Positions 42,645 through 53,846 of a stretch of DNA of 64,000 nucleotides are shown here, in pieces. The notes under the pieces were generated by a model that was not told the origin of the DNA, ran no database searches, and saw nothing but the letters and a program-made list of their open reading frames with translations. Both the position numbers and the translations under genes were made by a program. Position 1 is the first letter of the stretch. Every line of letters begins with the position of its first letter. Origin of the DNA: an uncultured Actinomycetes bacterium (lineage in GTDB: Bacteria > Actinomycetota > Thermoleophilia > Solirubrobacterales > Solirubrobacteraceae); assembly GCA_963794105.1 (NCBI GenBank), contig CAWCEB010000142.1, positions 75,577 through 139,576 of the forward strand, written 5' to 3'.

Positions 42645-44298
42645 ATGAAGCGCCGTCGTTGCGATCGCCCTCGCCCTCGCTGCCGCCGCCCTTGCCGCTC
42701 CGGCGGCCGGGGCCAGCACGCTGACCGGCCGGCTGCTCGTGCAGCTGGAGCCGGCGGGTCCGGCACAGACGGCGCACGCGAGTGCCAACGCGGTGCTCGC
42801 CCGCGCCCACGCCCGCCGCACGTCGCCGCTGCTCGCACCGCTGCGCCTGTTCACGGCCCGGCCGACGACCGGGTCGCTGCACGCGCTCGCCACCCGGCTG
42901 CGCGCCGACGCCTCCGTCGCACGCGTCGAGGTCGAGCGCCGTGCCACGGTGCGTTCCGATCCGGGTGACCCCGCGCTGGCCACCCAGGAGGGCGCGACCG
43001 GCACGCCGCCCGCGACCTCCGTCGAGTGGTGGGCGTTCCGCGAGAACTTCCCCGCCGCCTGGGACGTGACGCACGGCGCCGGCGCCGTGATCGGCGTGAT
43101 CGACACGGGCATCGACGGCGGGCATCCGGAGTTCGCCGGGCGCATCCGCGCGACGGTCGATCAGGATGCCGAGACCGACAACCCGGGCCACGACGACGCC
43201 GGCCACGGCACGCACGTCGCCTCGCTGGCGTGCGCGAACGGCGGCAACGGCATCGGGCTGGCCGGCGCGGCATACGGCTGCGGGCTCGTCGTCGAGCGCT
43301 CGGACCTCAGTGACTTCTCCGTGGCGCAGTCGATCGTCGACGCAACCGACCATGGCGCGGACGCGATCAACATGAGCTTCGGCACCGACGGCAGCCGGCC
43401 GGCGGCGCGCGGCATCGTCGACGCGATCGACTACGCCTACAAGCGCGGCGTGGTGCTCGTCGCGGCGGCCGCCGACGACCCGATCGAGGAGCAGGGCGAC
43501 CCGTCCAACGTGCTGCAGCCGACTGGCACCGGGCCGGAGATCACCAGGGGCAAGGGCCTCGACGTGACGGCCGCGAACGTGCAGGACGCGCGCGCGTCCT
43601 TCGCCGGCCGCGGCACCCAGATCTCGATTGCCGCGTACGGCACCTTCGGGGCGGCCGACGGCGGGGGGCCGCGCGGCCTGTTCGGCGCGTTCCCGGGCAA
43701 CCTCACGAGCCTCGAGACCGGGTCGCTCGCGACTGGCGACCCGCCGTGCAACTGCCGAGCGGTCTTCAACGGCGACTCGCGCTATGCCTACGTCGGCGGG
43801 ACGTCGATGGCCGCACCGCAGGTGACGGCCGTCGCGGCAATGGTGCGCCATCTGAACCCCGACCTCACCGCCGGCGACATCATCACGCTCATCAAGCGCA
43901 CCGCTCGCCGTCCGGCCGGCACGGGCTGGAACGCGGAGCTCGGCTGGGGGATCCTGGACGCGGGCGCCGCGATCAACGCCGCACGCGCGGAGGACCGGCG
44001 CCCGCCCGTCTCGCGCCTGAAGACCTCGCATCAGCTGCAGGCGGGCAAGGTCACGCTCCGGCTCACCGGCAGCGATGACGCGCCACCCGACGTCGTCGCA
44101 TCGGGGATCGCGCGCTTTGAGATCTGGCGCTCCGTGAACGGCCACCGGCCGCGCAAGCTGCGCAGCACGTCGGCGCGAACGGTGCACGTCGCCGCACTGC
44201 GGCATACGCGCTACGCCTTCTACTCGATCGCCGTCGACAGGGCGGGGAACCGCGAATCGCCGCCGGGCCGCGCCGACGCGCGCTTCACCCTGAGGTAA
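42645..44298 (+). pseudogene. Secreted S8 (subtilisin-like) peptidase; frame break right after the start codon (about 42655)
   Basis: MKRR is followed by the signal peptide VVAIALALAAAALAAPAAGA in the next frame. Motifs seen: VIDTGID, HGTHVAS, GGTSMAAPQV. Confidence 0.85.
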
Positions 44299-45714
44299 CC
44301 GGATCCCGCTCGCTCACGCGCTTGCCGGCGAGCGCGAGGAGCTCCTCGAGCGCCGCCTCGATCCCATCGGCGATCCGGCCGATGTCCGGCAGCGCGTCGT
44401 AGTCGCCGAGCAGCCCGAAGTTGACCTTGCCGTTGTAGGACATGATCGCGACTGCCAGCGCGTGGTTCTCGGGCAGGAAGGCGACGGGGAAGACGTCCTC
44501 GAGCTCACGCCCGCGCACGTAGAGCGGGAACTGCGGGCCCGGCACGTTCGTGACGATCAGGTTGAACAGCCGCGTGGAGAAGTTCAGCCGTGACGCCTGC
44601 GCGAGGATCGTCGGCGGCGCGAAGTTCTGCACGCCGGCGAGCACCTCGGCGCCCACGGCCTGCTTGGACTCCTTCAGCTCGCCCATCGCCTGGCGGACGG
44701 CCTGCAGGCGGGCGACCGGGTCCTCGACGTAGACGGGCAGCGGGCCGCGCATCACGGCGATCCGGTTGCCGAGCTGGCCGTGCTCGTGCGACGCGCGGAT
44801 CGAGACCGGCACGAGCGCGCGCAGCTCCAGGCCCTCCGTGCGAACGCCGCGGGACTGCAGCCAGTCGCGCAGCGAGCCGGACACGACCGTCAGCACGACG
44901 TCGTTGACCGTGCCGCCGAACGCGTTCTTGATCGTCTTGAAGTCCTCCAGCCGGTTGCGCACCCCGACGAAGCGCCGGTGCGGGCCGATCTCGACGTTCA
45001 GCGGCGTCTCCGGCGCGGGGTTCATCCCCGCCCAGACGATCTCGCCGAGTCCCTCCGCGGCCTCGCGCAGCTCCGTGATCGACTCGGTCGGGCGCGTCGC
45101 GGCGCCGACGGCACGCGCGGCGACCCCCAGGCCGGCCTTCGCCAGCCCGGCGACCCCGTCGGCGAGCAGCTCGATGGGATTCGGCTCGCGCGCGGGCTCC
45201 CATGCCTCGTCGGGGTGCGGGATGTCCTGCGGGACCGGCGTGAGGTCGAAGAGCACCTGCGCCAGATCGACCCCGGAGATGCCGTCGATGAGCGAGTGGT
45301 GCGTCTTCGAGATCAGGGCGAAGCGGTTGCCCTGCAGCCCCTCAACGAGCCACGTCTCCCACAGCGGCTTGGAGCGGTCCAGCTGCTGGGAGAACACGCG
45401 CGACGTCAGGCGCAGCAGCTGCTCCTCGCTGCCCGGGTCGGGCAGCGCGGTCTGGCGCACGTGGTACTGGAGGTTGAAGTTCGGATCGTCGACCCACACG
45501 GGGCGGCCTGTCTGCAGGGGCGGCTCCGCGAGCCTCTGGCGGTAGCGGGGCACGAGGTGCAGGCGCATCCGCAGCGAGTCCAGGAACTCCTCGAACTCCG
45601 GCGGCGGGCCCTCGAAGATCGAGACCGCGCCGACGTGCATATGCGAGTTGGTCCCTCCTGGTGCAGGAACGATGCGTCGATGGCCGTCAGCCGGTCGAAG
45701 TGATCCTGCGCCAT
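44285..45714 (-). pseudogene. Wax ester synthase / diacylglycerol acyltransferase (WS/DGAT); frame break about 45645
   Basis: MAQDHFDRLTAIDASFLHQEG is in ORF 45406..45714. It continues HVGAVSIFEGP.. and HHSLIDGISG (HHxxxDG) in ORF 44285..45640. Confidence 0.85.
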
Positions 45715-45752
45715 GTTCCCTAGCCTAACCGCGCTTGCTGCTTCGAGGCCTC

Positions 45753-47312
45753 ATGTCGATCGCGCTGTTGTGCGCCGCCGCACCCGCGGCGGCGTCCGCG
45801 TCGGTGACCGTGACCGGGCGGACCGTCACGGGCACCGAGGGCACCGAGCTCAACGCGACCGTCGCCAACGGGTCCACGAGCGAGAAGACCAATGCGTGCC
45901 TGAAGGCGACGATCGACTGGGGTGACGGAGCGACCTCGAGCGGGACCATCCCGGCCGGCGGCAGCACGTTCACCGTGCGCGGCCGGCACACCTACGCCCA
46001 GGCCGGGCACCCCGATCTCGTGACGACGGTGAGCGACATCTGCTCGCCGGGCAGCGGCAGCGCGCACTCGCAGGTGACGATCGCCGACGCGCCGCTCTCG
46101 GCGACGGGCACGCCGGTGAGCGCGTATGCGCGCTACCCGGCGACGGTGGTCGTGGCGACGTTCACCGACGGCAACGCCCTGGCCAAGCCCACCGACTTCA
46201 GCGCGACGGTCGATTGGGGCGACGGCACGAGCGGGCCCGCCACCGTCGGCGCACGTCCCGGCGGGGGCTTCCAGGTGACGGGGACCACGACCTACAAGGC
46301 CCCGGATTCCTACCCGGTGTCGGTGGCGATCGCGGACGTCGGCGGTTCGACGGCGACGGCCACGACCACTGCCACGATCTCCTCGGCGCCGCCGCCCGCG
46401 CGCCTGCTCGGCGTCGGTGCGCCACCGGGCCACGACCCGCTCGTCGGCGCCTACGCGCCCAACGGCGACCTGCTGCTGCGCTTCCGCGCATACCCGAAGC
46501 GGATGACCTCCGGCGTTCGCATCGCGACCGGCGACGTCAACGGCGACGGCGCGGCCGACCTGATCACGGCCCCGGGAGCGCGGGGCCGGGCGCTCGTCGA
46601 GGTCTTCAGCGGCATCGACGGACACCGGCTGCTGCGCTTCCGCGCGTTCGTCGGGAGGTTCCACGCGGGCATCTACGTTGCCGCCGGGGACGTCGACGGC
46701 GACGGGCACGCGGATATCGTCGTCGGCGCGGGGGAGGGGGGACGGCCGCTCGTCCGCGTCTTTTCGGGCATGACCGGGGCACGAATCGGACAGTTCTTTG
46801 CGCGGGCGCACAGGGCGCGGACGGGGGTGCGCGTCGCCGCGGGCGACATGGATGGCGACGGCCGCGCGGAGATCGCGACGGCGGGTGGTCCGCGTGCGGG
46901 GTCCGCGATCACGATCTTCCGGGCGACGGGCGGGGCACCGACCGGCGACGTCGGTTGGTCTGCCGTCGCACGACTGCGGCCGAAGCTCCGCGCGCGCCGC
47001 GGGCTGTTCCTCGCGATGGGCGACCTCAACGGCGACAAGCTCGCGGACCTTGCCGTGGGCGGGGACGCCGTCGTCGTCGCACTGGGGGCCGACGGCAAGC
47101 GCCTTGGCGCGTTCCGGCCGTTCGGCACGGGCGCCCACGGCCGTGGGCTGCGCGTCGGAATCGCCGACGTCAATGCCGACGGAACGCCGGAGATCGCCGT
47201 GGCGCGCCTGCGCCGCGGGGCGCATCTGCGCGCCTTCACGGCGGGGACCTGGAAACGCGTCGGCGCGCTCCTGGGAGGCCATCCCCCGCCGGGCGCCGTC
47301 TACCTGGGGTGA
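45753..47312 (+). CDS. Secreted FG-GAP/VCBS-repeat protein with N-terminal Ig-like repeats
   Basis: Signal peptide MSIALLCAAAPAAASA. It has repeated ..DWGDG..S.. modules followed by repeats GDVNGDGAADL, GDVDGDGHADI, GDMDGDGRAEI, GDLNGDKLADL and ADVNADGTPEI. An alternative TTG start is at 45735. Confidence 0.8.
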   Translation: MSIALLCAAAPAAASASVTVTGRTVTGTEGTELNATVANGSTSEKTNACLKATIDWGDGATSSGTIPAGGSTFTVRGRHTYAQAGHPDLVTTVSDICSPGSGSAHSQVTIADAPLSATGTPVSAYARYPATVVVATFTDGNALAKPTDFSATVDWGDGTSGPATVGARPGGGFQVTGTTTYKAPDSYPVSVAIADVGGSTATATTTATISSAPPPARLLGVGAPPGHDPLVGAYAPNGDLLLRFRAYPKRMTSGVRIATGDVNGDGAADLITAPGARGRALVEVFSGIDGHRLLRFRAFVGRFHAGIYVAAGDVDGDGHADIVVGAGEGGRPLVRVFSGMTGARIGQFFARAHRARTGVRVAAGDMDGDGRAEIATAGGPRAGSAITIFRATGGAPTGDVGWSAVARLRPKLRARRGLFLAMGDLNGDKLADLAVGGDAVVVALGADGKRLGAFRPFGTGAHGRGLRVGIADVNADGTPEIAVARLRRGAHLRAFTAGTWKRVGALLGGHPPPGAVYLG

Positions 47313-47341
47313 GAATGAGGGGTCAGACCCCTCATTCTCAC
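47309..47341. repeat. Perfect 14-bp-stem hairpin GTGAGAATGAGGGG-TCAGA-CCCCTCATTCTCAC containing the upstream stop codon; same core as the 31279 repeats
   Basis: The stem arms are 47309..47322 and 47328..47341. No U-tract follows. The next ATG is at 47354. Confidence 0.75.
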
Positions 47342-47353
47342 TAGGCTCCCGTC

Positions 47354-48655
47354 ATGGCCTGGGACTTCTCGACGGACCCCGATTTTCAGGAGCAGCTCGA
47401 TTGGATGGCGCAGTTCGTGCGCGACGAGATCTGGCCGCTCGAGACACTGGTCGAGGAACTCGACCAGACGGCGCTCGATCGCATCTACGAGCCGTTGCAG
47501 CGGCGCGTCAAGGAACGCGGCCTGTGGGCGGCACACCTCGATCCTGAGCTCGGCGGGCAGGGCTTCGGCCAGCTCAAGCTCGGCCTCATGCACGAGATCC
47601 TCGGCACGACGCCGTTCGCGCCCAACGCGTTCGGCTGCCAGGCGCCCGACAGCGGCAACTCGGAGATCCTCGCGCTCGCGGGCACGCCTGAGCAGAAGGA
47701 CCGTTTCCTGCACCCGCTGCTCGCGGGCGACCTGAAGTCGGCCTTCTCGATGACCGAGCCCAACTCGCCCGGGTCGGACCCCACGCAGTTGAAGACCCGC
47801 GCCGTGCGCGACGGCGACGACTACGTCATCAACGGGCACAAGTGGTTCTCCTCGAACGCCTCGATCGCCGACTTCCTGATCGTCATGGCGGTCACCGACC
47901 CGGACGCGCGCCCGCACCAGCGCGCGACGATGTTCATCGTGCCGACCGACACGCCCGGCGTGAACATCCTGCGCGACGTCGCGACGATGGAGCACCCGCG
48001 TGACGAGTTCGGCAAGCTCGGCGGGCACGCCGAGATCCTCTACGAGGACGTGCGGATCCCCGCGGAGTACCGCCTCGGCGGCGAGGGCGAGGGCTTCCTC
48101 ATCTCACAGCAGCGCCTGTATCCGGGGCGCATCCACCACTGCATGCGCTGGCTCGGGGTCGCGCGGCGGGCGTTCGACATGCTCTGCGAGCGCGCCACCT
48201 ACCGGGCGACGCACGGCAAGACGCTCGGCGAGCACCAGACGATCCAGAACTGGATCGCCGACTCCGCGGCGCAGATGCAGGCTGCGCGCCTGATGACGCT
48301 GCACGCGGCCTGGAAGATGGACACGCAGGGCGTCTCGGCCGCGCGGCAGGACATCAGCCTCATCAAGTTCTACGGCGCGCAGGCGCTGCACGACGTCGTC
48401 GATCGCGCGCTGCAGGCGCACGGCTCGCTCGGCTACTCGACGGACCTGCCGTTGGAGGCGATGTACCGCTTCGCCCGCGGCGCGCGCTTCTACGACGGGC
48501 CCGACGAGGTGCATCGCCAGTCGGTCGCCCGCCAGATCCTGCGCGGCTACGCGCCGCCGCCCGACGAGGTGCCCTCCGAGCACGTCCCCACGCGCCGCGC
48601 CGCGGCGCGCGAGAAGTTCGCGGACCTTCTCGAGGCGGTGACGAGCAACGACTAG
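47354..48655 (+). CDS. Acyl-CoA dehydrogenase
   Basis: FSMTEPNSPGSDPTQL, INGHKWFSSNA, YDGPDEVH. Intact, 433 aa. Confidence 0.9.
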   Translation: MAWDFSTDPDFQEQLDWMAQFVRDEIWPLETLVEELDQTALDRIYEPLQRRVKERGLWAAHLDPELGGQGFGQLKLGLMHEILGTTPFAPNAFGCQAPDSGNSEILALAGTPEQKDRFLHPLLAGDLKSAFSMTEPNSPGSDPTQLKTRAVRDGDDYVINGHKWFSSNASIADFLIVMAVTDPDARPHQRATMFIVPTDTPGVNILRDVATMEHPRDEFGKLGGHAEILYEDVRIPAEYRLGGEGEGFLISQQRLYPGRIHHCMRWLGVARRAFDMLCERATYRATHGKTLGEHQTIQNWIADSAAQMQAARLMTLHAAWKMDTQGVSAARQDISLIKFYGAQALHDVVDRALQAHGSLGYSTDLPLEAMYRFARGARFYDGPDEVHRQSVARQILRGYAPPPDEVPSEHVPTRRAAAREKFADLLEAVTSND

Positions 48656-48686
48656 GCGTTCGCTTGCGGCGCTGATCGCGCTGCAG

Positions 48687-49556
48687 GTGCTCATCGTCGG
48701 CTGCCTGGCCACCGGCGCGGTCCTGTTGCTCACCACCGGCGACGGTGATGCCCGCACCGCGACGCCGTCGGCGAAGGTCAACCGCTTCGACGGCAGCCGC
48801 GCGTGGGCGGAGTTGCTGCGCGAGGTGCGCGTCGGCCCGCGGCCTGCCGGCTCGCCCGCGCTGCGGGGGCTCGCCGTGCGGCTGCGCGCAGATCTTCCGA
48901 ACGGGCGCTTCGAGCAGGTAGGAGATCCCGCCGGCCGCCTCCAGAACGTCGTCGGCGTGCTGCCCGGGCGACGGCCGGCCGTCGTGCTGGCGGCGCACTA
49001 CGACACGAAGGACACGCCGGCGGGCTTCGTCGGCGCCAACGACGGCGCGGGAGGAACTGCGCTGGTACTCGAGGCCGCGCGAGCGCTGCGACATCTGCCG
49101 CAGCGCAACCCGCGTGAGGTGCGCTTCGTGCTCTTCGACGGCGAGGAGGCCCCCGCCGGATGCAGCACGTTCCTACGCTGTGGCGTCCGCGGCTCGCGCG
49201 CCTACGCCGCGGCGCATGCCCGCGAGTTGAAGTCGCTCGTGCTGGCCGACTTCGTCGCCAACCGCAACCTGCGCCTCAGGCGCGACCTCGGCAGCGACGC
49301 CACGCTCTGGGCGCGCTTTCGCGCCGCGTCCAGGCGCGCCGGCGTGGGCTCGGTCGTGTCCTCGGCCGAGCAGGGGGCGGTCGAGGACGACCACACGCCG
49401 TTCATGCGGGCAGGCGTGCCGGCGATCGACCTCATCGACTTCGACTTCCCGCAGTGGCACACGCTCCAGGACCGGCCGAACGTGCTGTCCAAGCGCAGCC
49501 TCGACGCCGCCGGCGAAGCGGTGGTCGAGCTTATGCGCGAGCTGCGCCGCGGCTGA
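48687..49556 (+). CDS. M28-family peptidase / glutaminyl-cyclase-like protein
   Basis: Motifs seen: AHYDTKD, GANDGAGGTA, LFDGEE, DDHTPF. Confidence 0.8.
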   Translation: MLIVGCLATGAVLLLTTGDGDARTATPSAKVNRFDGSRAWAELLREVRVGPRPAGSPALRGLAVRLRADLPNGRFEQVGDPAGRLQNVVGVLPGRRPAVVLAAHYDTKDTPAGFVGANDGAGGTALVLEAARALRHLPQRNPREVRFVLFDGEEAPAGCSTFLRCGVRGSRAYAAAHARELKSLVLADFVANRNLRLRRDLGSDATLWARFRAASRRAGVGSVVSSAEQGAVEDDHTPFMRAGVPAIDLIDFDFPQWHTLQDRPNVLSKRSLDAAGEAVVELMRELRRG

Positions 49557-49712
49557 CCGCCGCGCGCTGGGCGATGAGCGCCGCGGCGAATGCCGCCGCG
49601 ATCTCGCGGTCGAAGTACTCGAGGCTGCCGGCGTGCTGGTCGGCCTCGCTCGCGAGGTGCCGTTCGGTTTCGGAGGCGTGGCGGTTGTGATCGGTGACAG
49701 CGACCTCGGCAT
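49531..49712 (-). pseudogene. Possible small (about 60 aa) protein gene in the M28-ispH gap; the ATG is 1 nt out of frame with a strongly GC3-biased ORF
   Basis: The frame reads ..AEVAVTDHNRHASETERHLASEADQHAGSLEYFDREIAAAFAAALIAQRAAVSRGAARA-TAA (stop 49533..49531). By my codon-by-codon reading, nearly all third positions are G/C. The ATG is at 49712..49710. Confidence 0.3.
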
Positions 49713-49754
49713 GTGCGGGGCGGCACTTGAGTCTCGGGCTCGTACACTGATGGC

Positions 49755-50717
49755 ATGCCTTCGAAGCTGCTCCTGGCCGCCCCGCGCGGCTACTGCGCCG
49801 GCGTCGACCGGGCCGTGCAGACCGTCGAGCGCGCGCTCACGCTCTACGGCGCCCCCGTCTACGTCCGCAAGGAGATCGTCCACAACAAGCATGTGGTCGA
49901 GCAGCTGCGCGAGCGCGGCGCGATCTTCGTCGAGGAGCTCGACGACTCGGTCCCCGAGGGCGCGATGACGGTCTTCTCGGCGCACGGCGTCTCGCCGGCA
50001 GTGCACGCCGAGGCCGAGCGCCGGCAGCTGCGCACGATCGACGCGACCTGTCCGCTCGTGACCAAGGTCCATCGCGAGGCGGTCAAGTTCGCCGCCGAGG
50101 GCTACACGATCGTCCTCATCGGCCACGCGGGCCACGAGGAGGTCGAGGGCACGATGGGCGAGGCGCCGGACCACATCGTCCTGGTCGAGACCGAGGAGGA
50201 CGTCGACAACCTCGAGGTCGCCGATCCCTCGAAGATCGCCTACATCTCGCAGACCACGCTGTCGGTCGACGAGACGCGCACGATCATCAACCGGCTGCGC
50301 GACAAGTTCCCGCACATCACCGGGCCGCGCACCGACGACATCTGTTACGCCACGACGAACCGTCAGGCCGCGGTGAAGCAGATGGCGCCGCTGTGCGACC
50401 TCGTGCTCGTGATCGGGTCGCGCAACTCGTCGAACTCCAACCGCCTGGTCGAGGTCGCACGCGAGCACGGCGCGGCGTCGCACCTGATCGACAACGAGTC
50501 CCAGGTCGACGAGGCCTGGCTCGAGGGAGTCGAGACCGTCGGCATCACGTCGGGCGCCAGCGCGCCCGAGGAGCTCGTGCGGCGGCTCGTCGACTTCTTC
50601 CGCGCGCGCGGCGTCGATGACGTCTCGGAGTTCGAGGTCGTCCAGGAGGACGTGCGCTTCATGCTGCCGAAGACGATCCGCCAGGCGATGGCTGCTGCCG
50701 AGCCGGCAGCGTCCTAG
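49755..50717 (+). CDS. ispH: 4-hydroxy-3-methylbut-2-enyl diphosphate reductase
   Basis: [43 protein letters not shown]. Confidence 0.95.
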   Translation: MPSKLLLAAPRGYCAGVDRAVQTVERALTLYGAPVYVRKEIVHNKHVVEQLRERGAIFVEELDDSVPEGAMTVFSAHGVSPAVHAEAERRQLRTIDATCPLVTKVHREAVKFAAEGYTIVLIGHAGHEEVEGTMGEAPDHIVLVETEEDVDNLEVADPSKIAYISQTTLSVDETRTIINRLRDKFPHITGPRTDDICYATTNRQAAVKQMAPLCDLVLVIGSRNSSNSNRLVEVAREHGAASHLIDNESQVDEAWLEGVETVGITSGASAPEELVRRLVDFFRARGVDDVSEFEVVQEDVRFMLPKTIRQAMAAAEPAAS

Positions 50718-51853
50718 TCGCCAGCGAGCCAGGCCCGCAGCTCGTCGTCGTGCTCGCCCAGCGCGGGCGGGCGCCGGCGCGCCGCCGTCGGCGTGTCGCT
50801 GAAGCGCAGCGGCGAGCGAACGCCGCGAACGCCGTCCACCTCCCATACGGGCTCCAGGCCGAGCGCCTCGGCGAACGCGAACGCGCCGCCGACGTCGTTG
50901 ATGGGCCCGGCCGGGACGCCGGCCTCCGACAGCCGCTGCACCCAGTCGGCGGCGCGGTGACGCGGCAAACGCGGCCTCGAGGATCGCGCCCAGCTCCTCG
51001 CGGCGCTCGAGCCGCGCGGCGTTGGTCGCGAAGCGCTCGTCGCCGGCGAGCTCGGGCCGGCCGATCGCCGCGCACAGCCGCGCGAAGATCGCGTCGTTGC
51101 CGACTGCGACGGCGAATTCGCCGTCCGAGGCCCGGAACGTCTCGTACGGCGCGATCGAGGGATGGCGGTTGCCCAGGCGCCCGGGGACGACGCCGGCGAG
51201 CAGGTGGGCGGAGGCCTGGTTGAGCAGTCCCGCCAGCGCGCTGTCCATGAGCGACACCTCCACGCGCTGGCCGCGGCCCGTGCGCTCGCGCGCCTGCAGC
51301 GCGGCGAGCACACCCGTGGTCGCGTAGAGCCCGCAGACCATGTCGATCAGCGCGGCGCCGACCTTCAGCGGCCTGCCGTCAGGCTCGCCGGTGACGCTCA
51401 TCAGCCCGCTCATCGCCTGGAGCAAGAGGTCGTAGCCGGGCAGCCGCGCCGCCTGCTCGCCGGACCCGAATGCGCTGATCGAGCAGTAGACGACGCCAGG
51501 GTTGCGTCGCGGCGACATCCTCGTAGCCCAGCCCGAGCCGGTCGATCGTGCCCGGCCGGAAGGACTCGACGAGCACGTCGGCGCGGGCGGCGAGCGTCCG
51601 CGCCAGCGCTGCGTCGGCCGGGTCGGCGAGGTCGAGCGTGACCGAGCGCTTGTTGCGGTTCAGGCCGAGGTAGTAGGTCGGCGCCCTGCTCGACGAACGG
51701 CGGCCCCCAGGTGCGCGTGTCGTCGCCCGCGCCCGGCCGCTCGACCTTCACGACGTCGGCGCCGAGGTCGCCGAGCGTCTGCGTGCACAACGGCCCGGCG
51801 AGGACGCGCGAGAAGTCGGCGACGAGCAGTCCGTCGAGGGCGCCGGGGGGCAT
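50714..51853 (-). pseudogene. Family III CoA transferase (CaiB/BaiF-like); about 3-4 frame breaks
   Basis: [63 protein letters not shown]. Pieces are in ORFs 51410.., 51379.., 49173.. and 50714... Confidence 0.85.
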
Positions 51854-51956
51854 GGCGGTGCAGGGTAGCTTCGGGTGCCGAGAAAAGCGGGCACCGATGG
51901 CGAAGCCGTTGGTCCATGGCCGTGTGAGGCGGGCCGCGGGGGTTAGTGTCCGGGCG

Positions 51957-53063
51957 ATGCGGACGGTGGTCGTCTCCGACCTTCATCTCGGGTCGCGCTC
52001 CGAGGGCGACGTGCTGCGCCGCCGCGCCGCGCGCGACAAGCTGATCGAACGCATCGACGGCGCCGACAGGCTCGTGCTGCTGGGCGACACGATCGAGTTG
52101 CGACAGGGTCCCGCGCGCGAGGCGATGGCCGTCGCGCGGCCAGTCCTGGAGGAGCTCGGCGCGGCACTCGGCAAGGGCGCCGAGGTGATCCTGGTGCCCG
52201 GCAACCACGATCACGCCCTGGTCGCTCCTTGGCTGACCGGGCGCGGCGCGCACGTCGAGCCGCCGCCGCTCGGCCTCGAGGAGCACCCGGGCGCCGGCGC
52301 GAGCGCCGCGACCGAGGCGATCGCCCAATGGCTCGCACCCGCGGCGCTCACCGTCGCCTATCCGGGCATCTGGCTCCGCGACGACGTGTACGCCACCCAC
52401 GGCCACTACCTCGACCGCCACACGACCGTGCCGACGTTCGAGCGCCTCGGCGCGGGCATCATGGGGCGGCTGGTCGGAGCCGTGCCCGAGGAGGAGGCGA
52501 AGCCCGACGACTACGAGGCGGCGCTGGCGCCGTTGTACGCGTGGATGCACGCGATGGCCGAGCGCAGCGGCAGCGGCAAGCGCCGGCCGCCGTCGAGCGC
52601 CAGCACCGAGGCCTGGCGTGTGCTGGGCGGCGACGGCCACCGGCCGCTGCGCGGCCGCCTGCTCGCCGGGATCCTGCCGCTCGGCATCTCGGGCGTGAAT
52701 CGCCTCGGCCTCGGCCCGGTCCGCGCCGACTTCTCCGCCGAGGAGCTGCGGCGCGCCGGCGTGCTCGCGATGGGCGAGGCGGTTGCCCGGCTTGGCATCG
52801 AGGCTCGCCACGTCCTCTACGGACACACGCACCGAGCCGGCCCGTTGGCCAACGACGATTCGCTCGAGTGGACGGCGCAGGACGGCGCCCGGCTGACCAA
52901 CACCGGCTGCTGGGTCTACGAGGCGATCTTCCTGCAGCGGGGCCGCTCGAGCCCGTACTGGCCTGGCAGCATCGTCGAGCTGAAGGGCACCGGCCCACCG
53001 GTGCTCAGCCGGCTGCTCACGGAGGTCGACCCGGACGCGCTCAAGGCGCCAGGCCGGGGGTGA
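51957..53063 (+). CDS. Metallophosphoesterase (calcineurin-like)
   Basis: Motifs seen: [33 protein letters not shown]. Confidence 0.85.
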   Translation: MRTVVVSDLHLGSRSEGDVLRRRAARDKLIERIDGADRLVLLGDTIELRQGPAREAMAVARPVLEELGAALGKGAEVILVPGNHDHALVAPWLTGRGAHVEPPPLGLEEHPGAGASAATEAIAQWLAPAALTVAYPGIWLRDDVYATHGHYLDRHTTVPTFERLGAGIMGRLVGAVPEEEAKPDDYEAALAPLYAWMHAMAERSGSGKRRPPSSASTEAWRVLGGDGHRPLRGRLLAGILPLGISGVNRLGLGPVRADFSAEELRRAGVLAMGEAVARLGIEARHVLYGHTHRAGPLANDDSLEWTAQDGARLTNTGCWVYEAIFLQRGRSSPYWPGSIVELKGTGPPVLSRLLTEVDPDALKAPGRG

Positions 53064-53778
53064 ACGTGGTCGCGTGGCACGTCACGCCGTCGCCGACGTC
53101 CAGCGACAGCACGCCCTCCGTGTGCACGCCGTGCTCGACGAGCTCGTGCGCGCCCGTGTACGTGACGTCGTAGTCGTCCCCGTTGACGCGGATCGTGCCG
53201 GTGCCCTCCAGCACGGCCCACACGGCGCCCGCCTCGTAGGGCCCGCAGTACGCGCCCTGCTGCTCGGGCGTCGGCACCACGAGCATCGCCGACGGATCGT
53301 CCTCGGGGCGGACCGGGTCGACCAGGCCGGCCTCGACGCCGAGCAGCTCCTGGATCGTCTCCTCGGTCTCGCGGTACGCGCCCTCGCCGTAGTGGAGCTC
53401 GAACAGGCGCAGCCGCTTGTCCCACACGTAGCGCCCGGGCCAGCCCTCGTTGCCGTACAGCTGCCAGATCGCCAGCTGTGGATCCAGGGCGACGGCGTGC
53501 TCGATGCCGAGGCGCTCGACCGCTGCGCGCACGACCGTCTCGTCGTGCGAGGGCGGGTAGCCGGGGGAGTGCACGGAGATCACCCGCAGGTCGGGGTACT
53601 TCGCCGCCCACGCCTTGACGTAGGGCAGCGTGCGCAACGAGCTGACGCGGCAGACGTCGAAGAACTCCACCAGCACGGGCCGGCCGATCTGCTTGTCCAT
53701 GCGCAGCATGGCGACGTTCAGCCAGCCGGTCCCGTCGGGGAACATCGGCGCAGCGATCTTCCCGACGGGGGTGCGCAC
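53041..53778 (-). CDS. Thioredoxin-fold protein related to the DipZ C-terminal domain, with CxxS instead of CxxC
   Basis: GRPVLVEFFDVCRVSSLRTLPYVKAWAAKYPDLRVISVH. The start is GTG 53778 or ATG 53745. Confidence 0.65.
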   Translation of the reverse strand: MRTPVGKIAAPMFPDGTGWLNVAMLRMDKQIGRPVLVEFFDVCRVSSLRTLPYVKAWAAKYPDLRVISVHSPGYPPSHDETVVRAAVERLGIEHAVALDPQLAIWQLYGNEGWPGRYVWDKRLRLFELHYGEGAYRETEETIQELLGVEAGLVDPVRPEDDPSAMLVVPTPEQQGAYCGPYEAGAVWAVLEGTGTIRVNGDDYDVTYTGAHELVEHGVHTEGVLSLDVGDGVTCHATTFTPGLAP

Positions 53779-53846
53779 CGGCGGCAAGGTAGCATCGCGC
53801 CTCCGGTCCGCTTCTTGTTGCCGCTGCGAGGGAGTCGCAAAAGACC

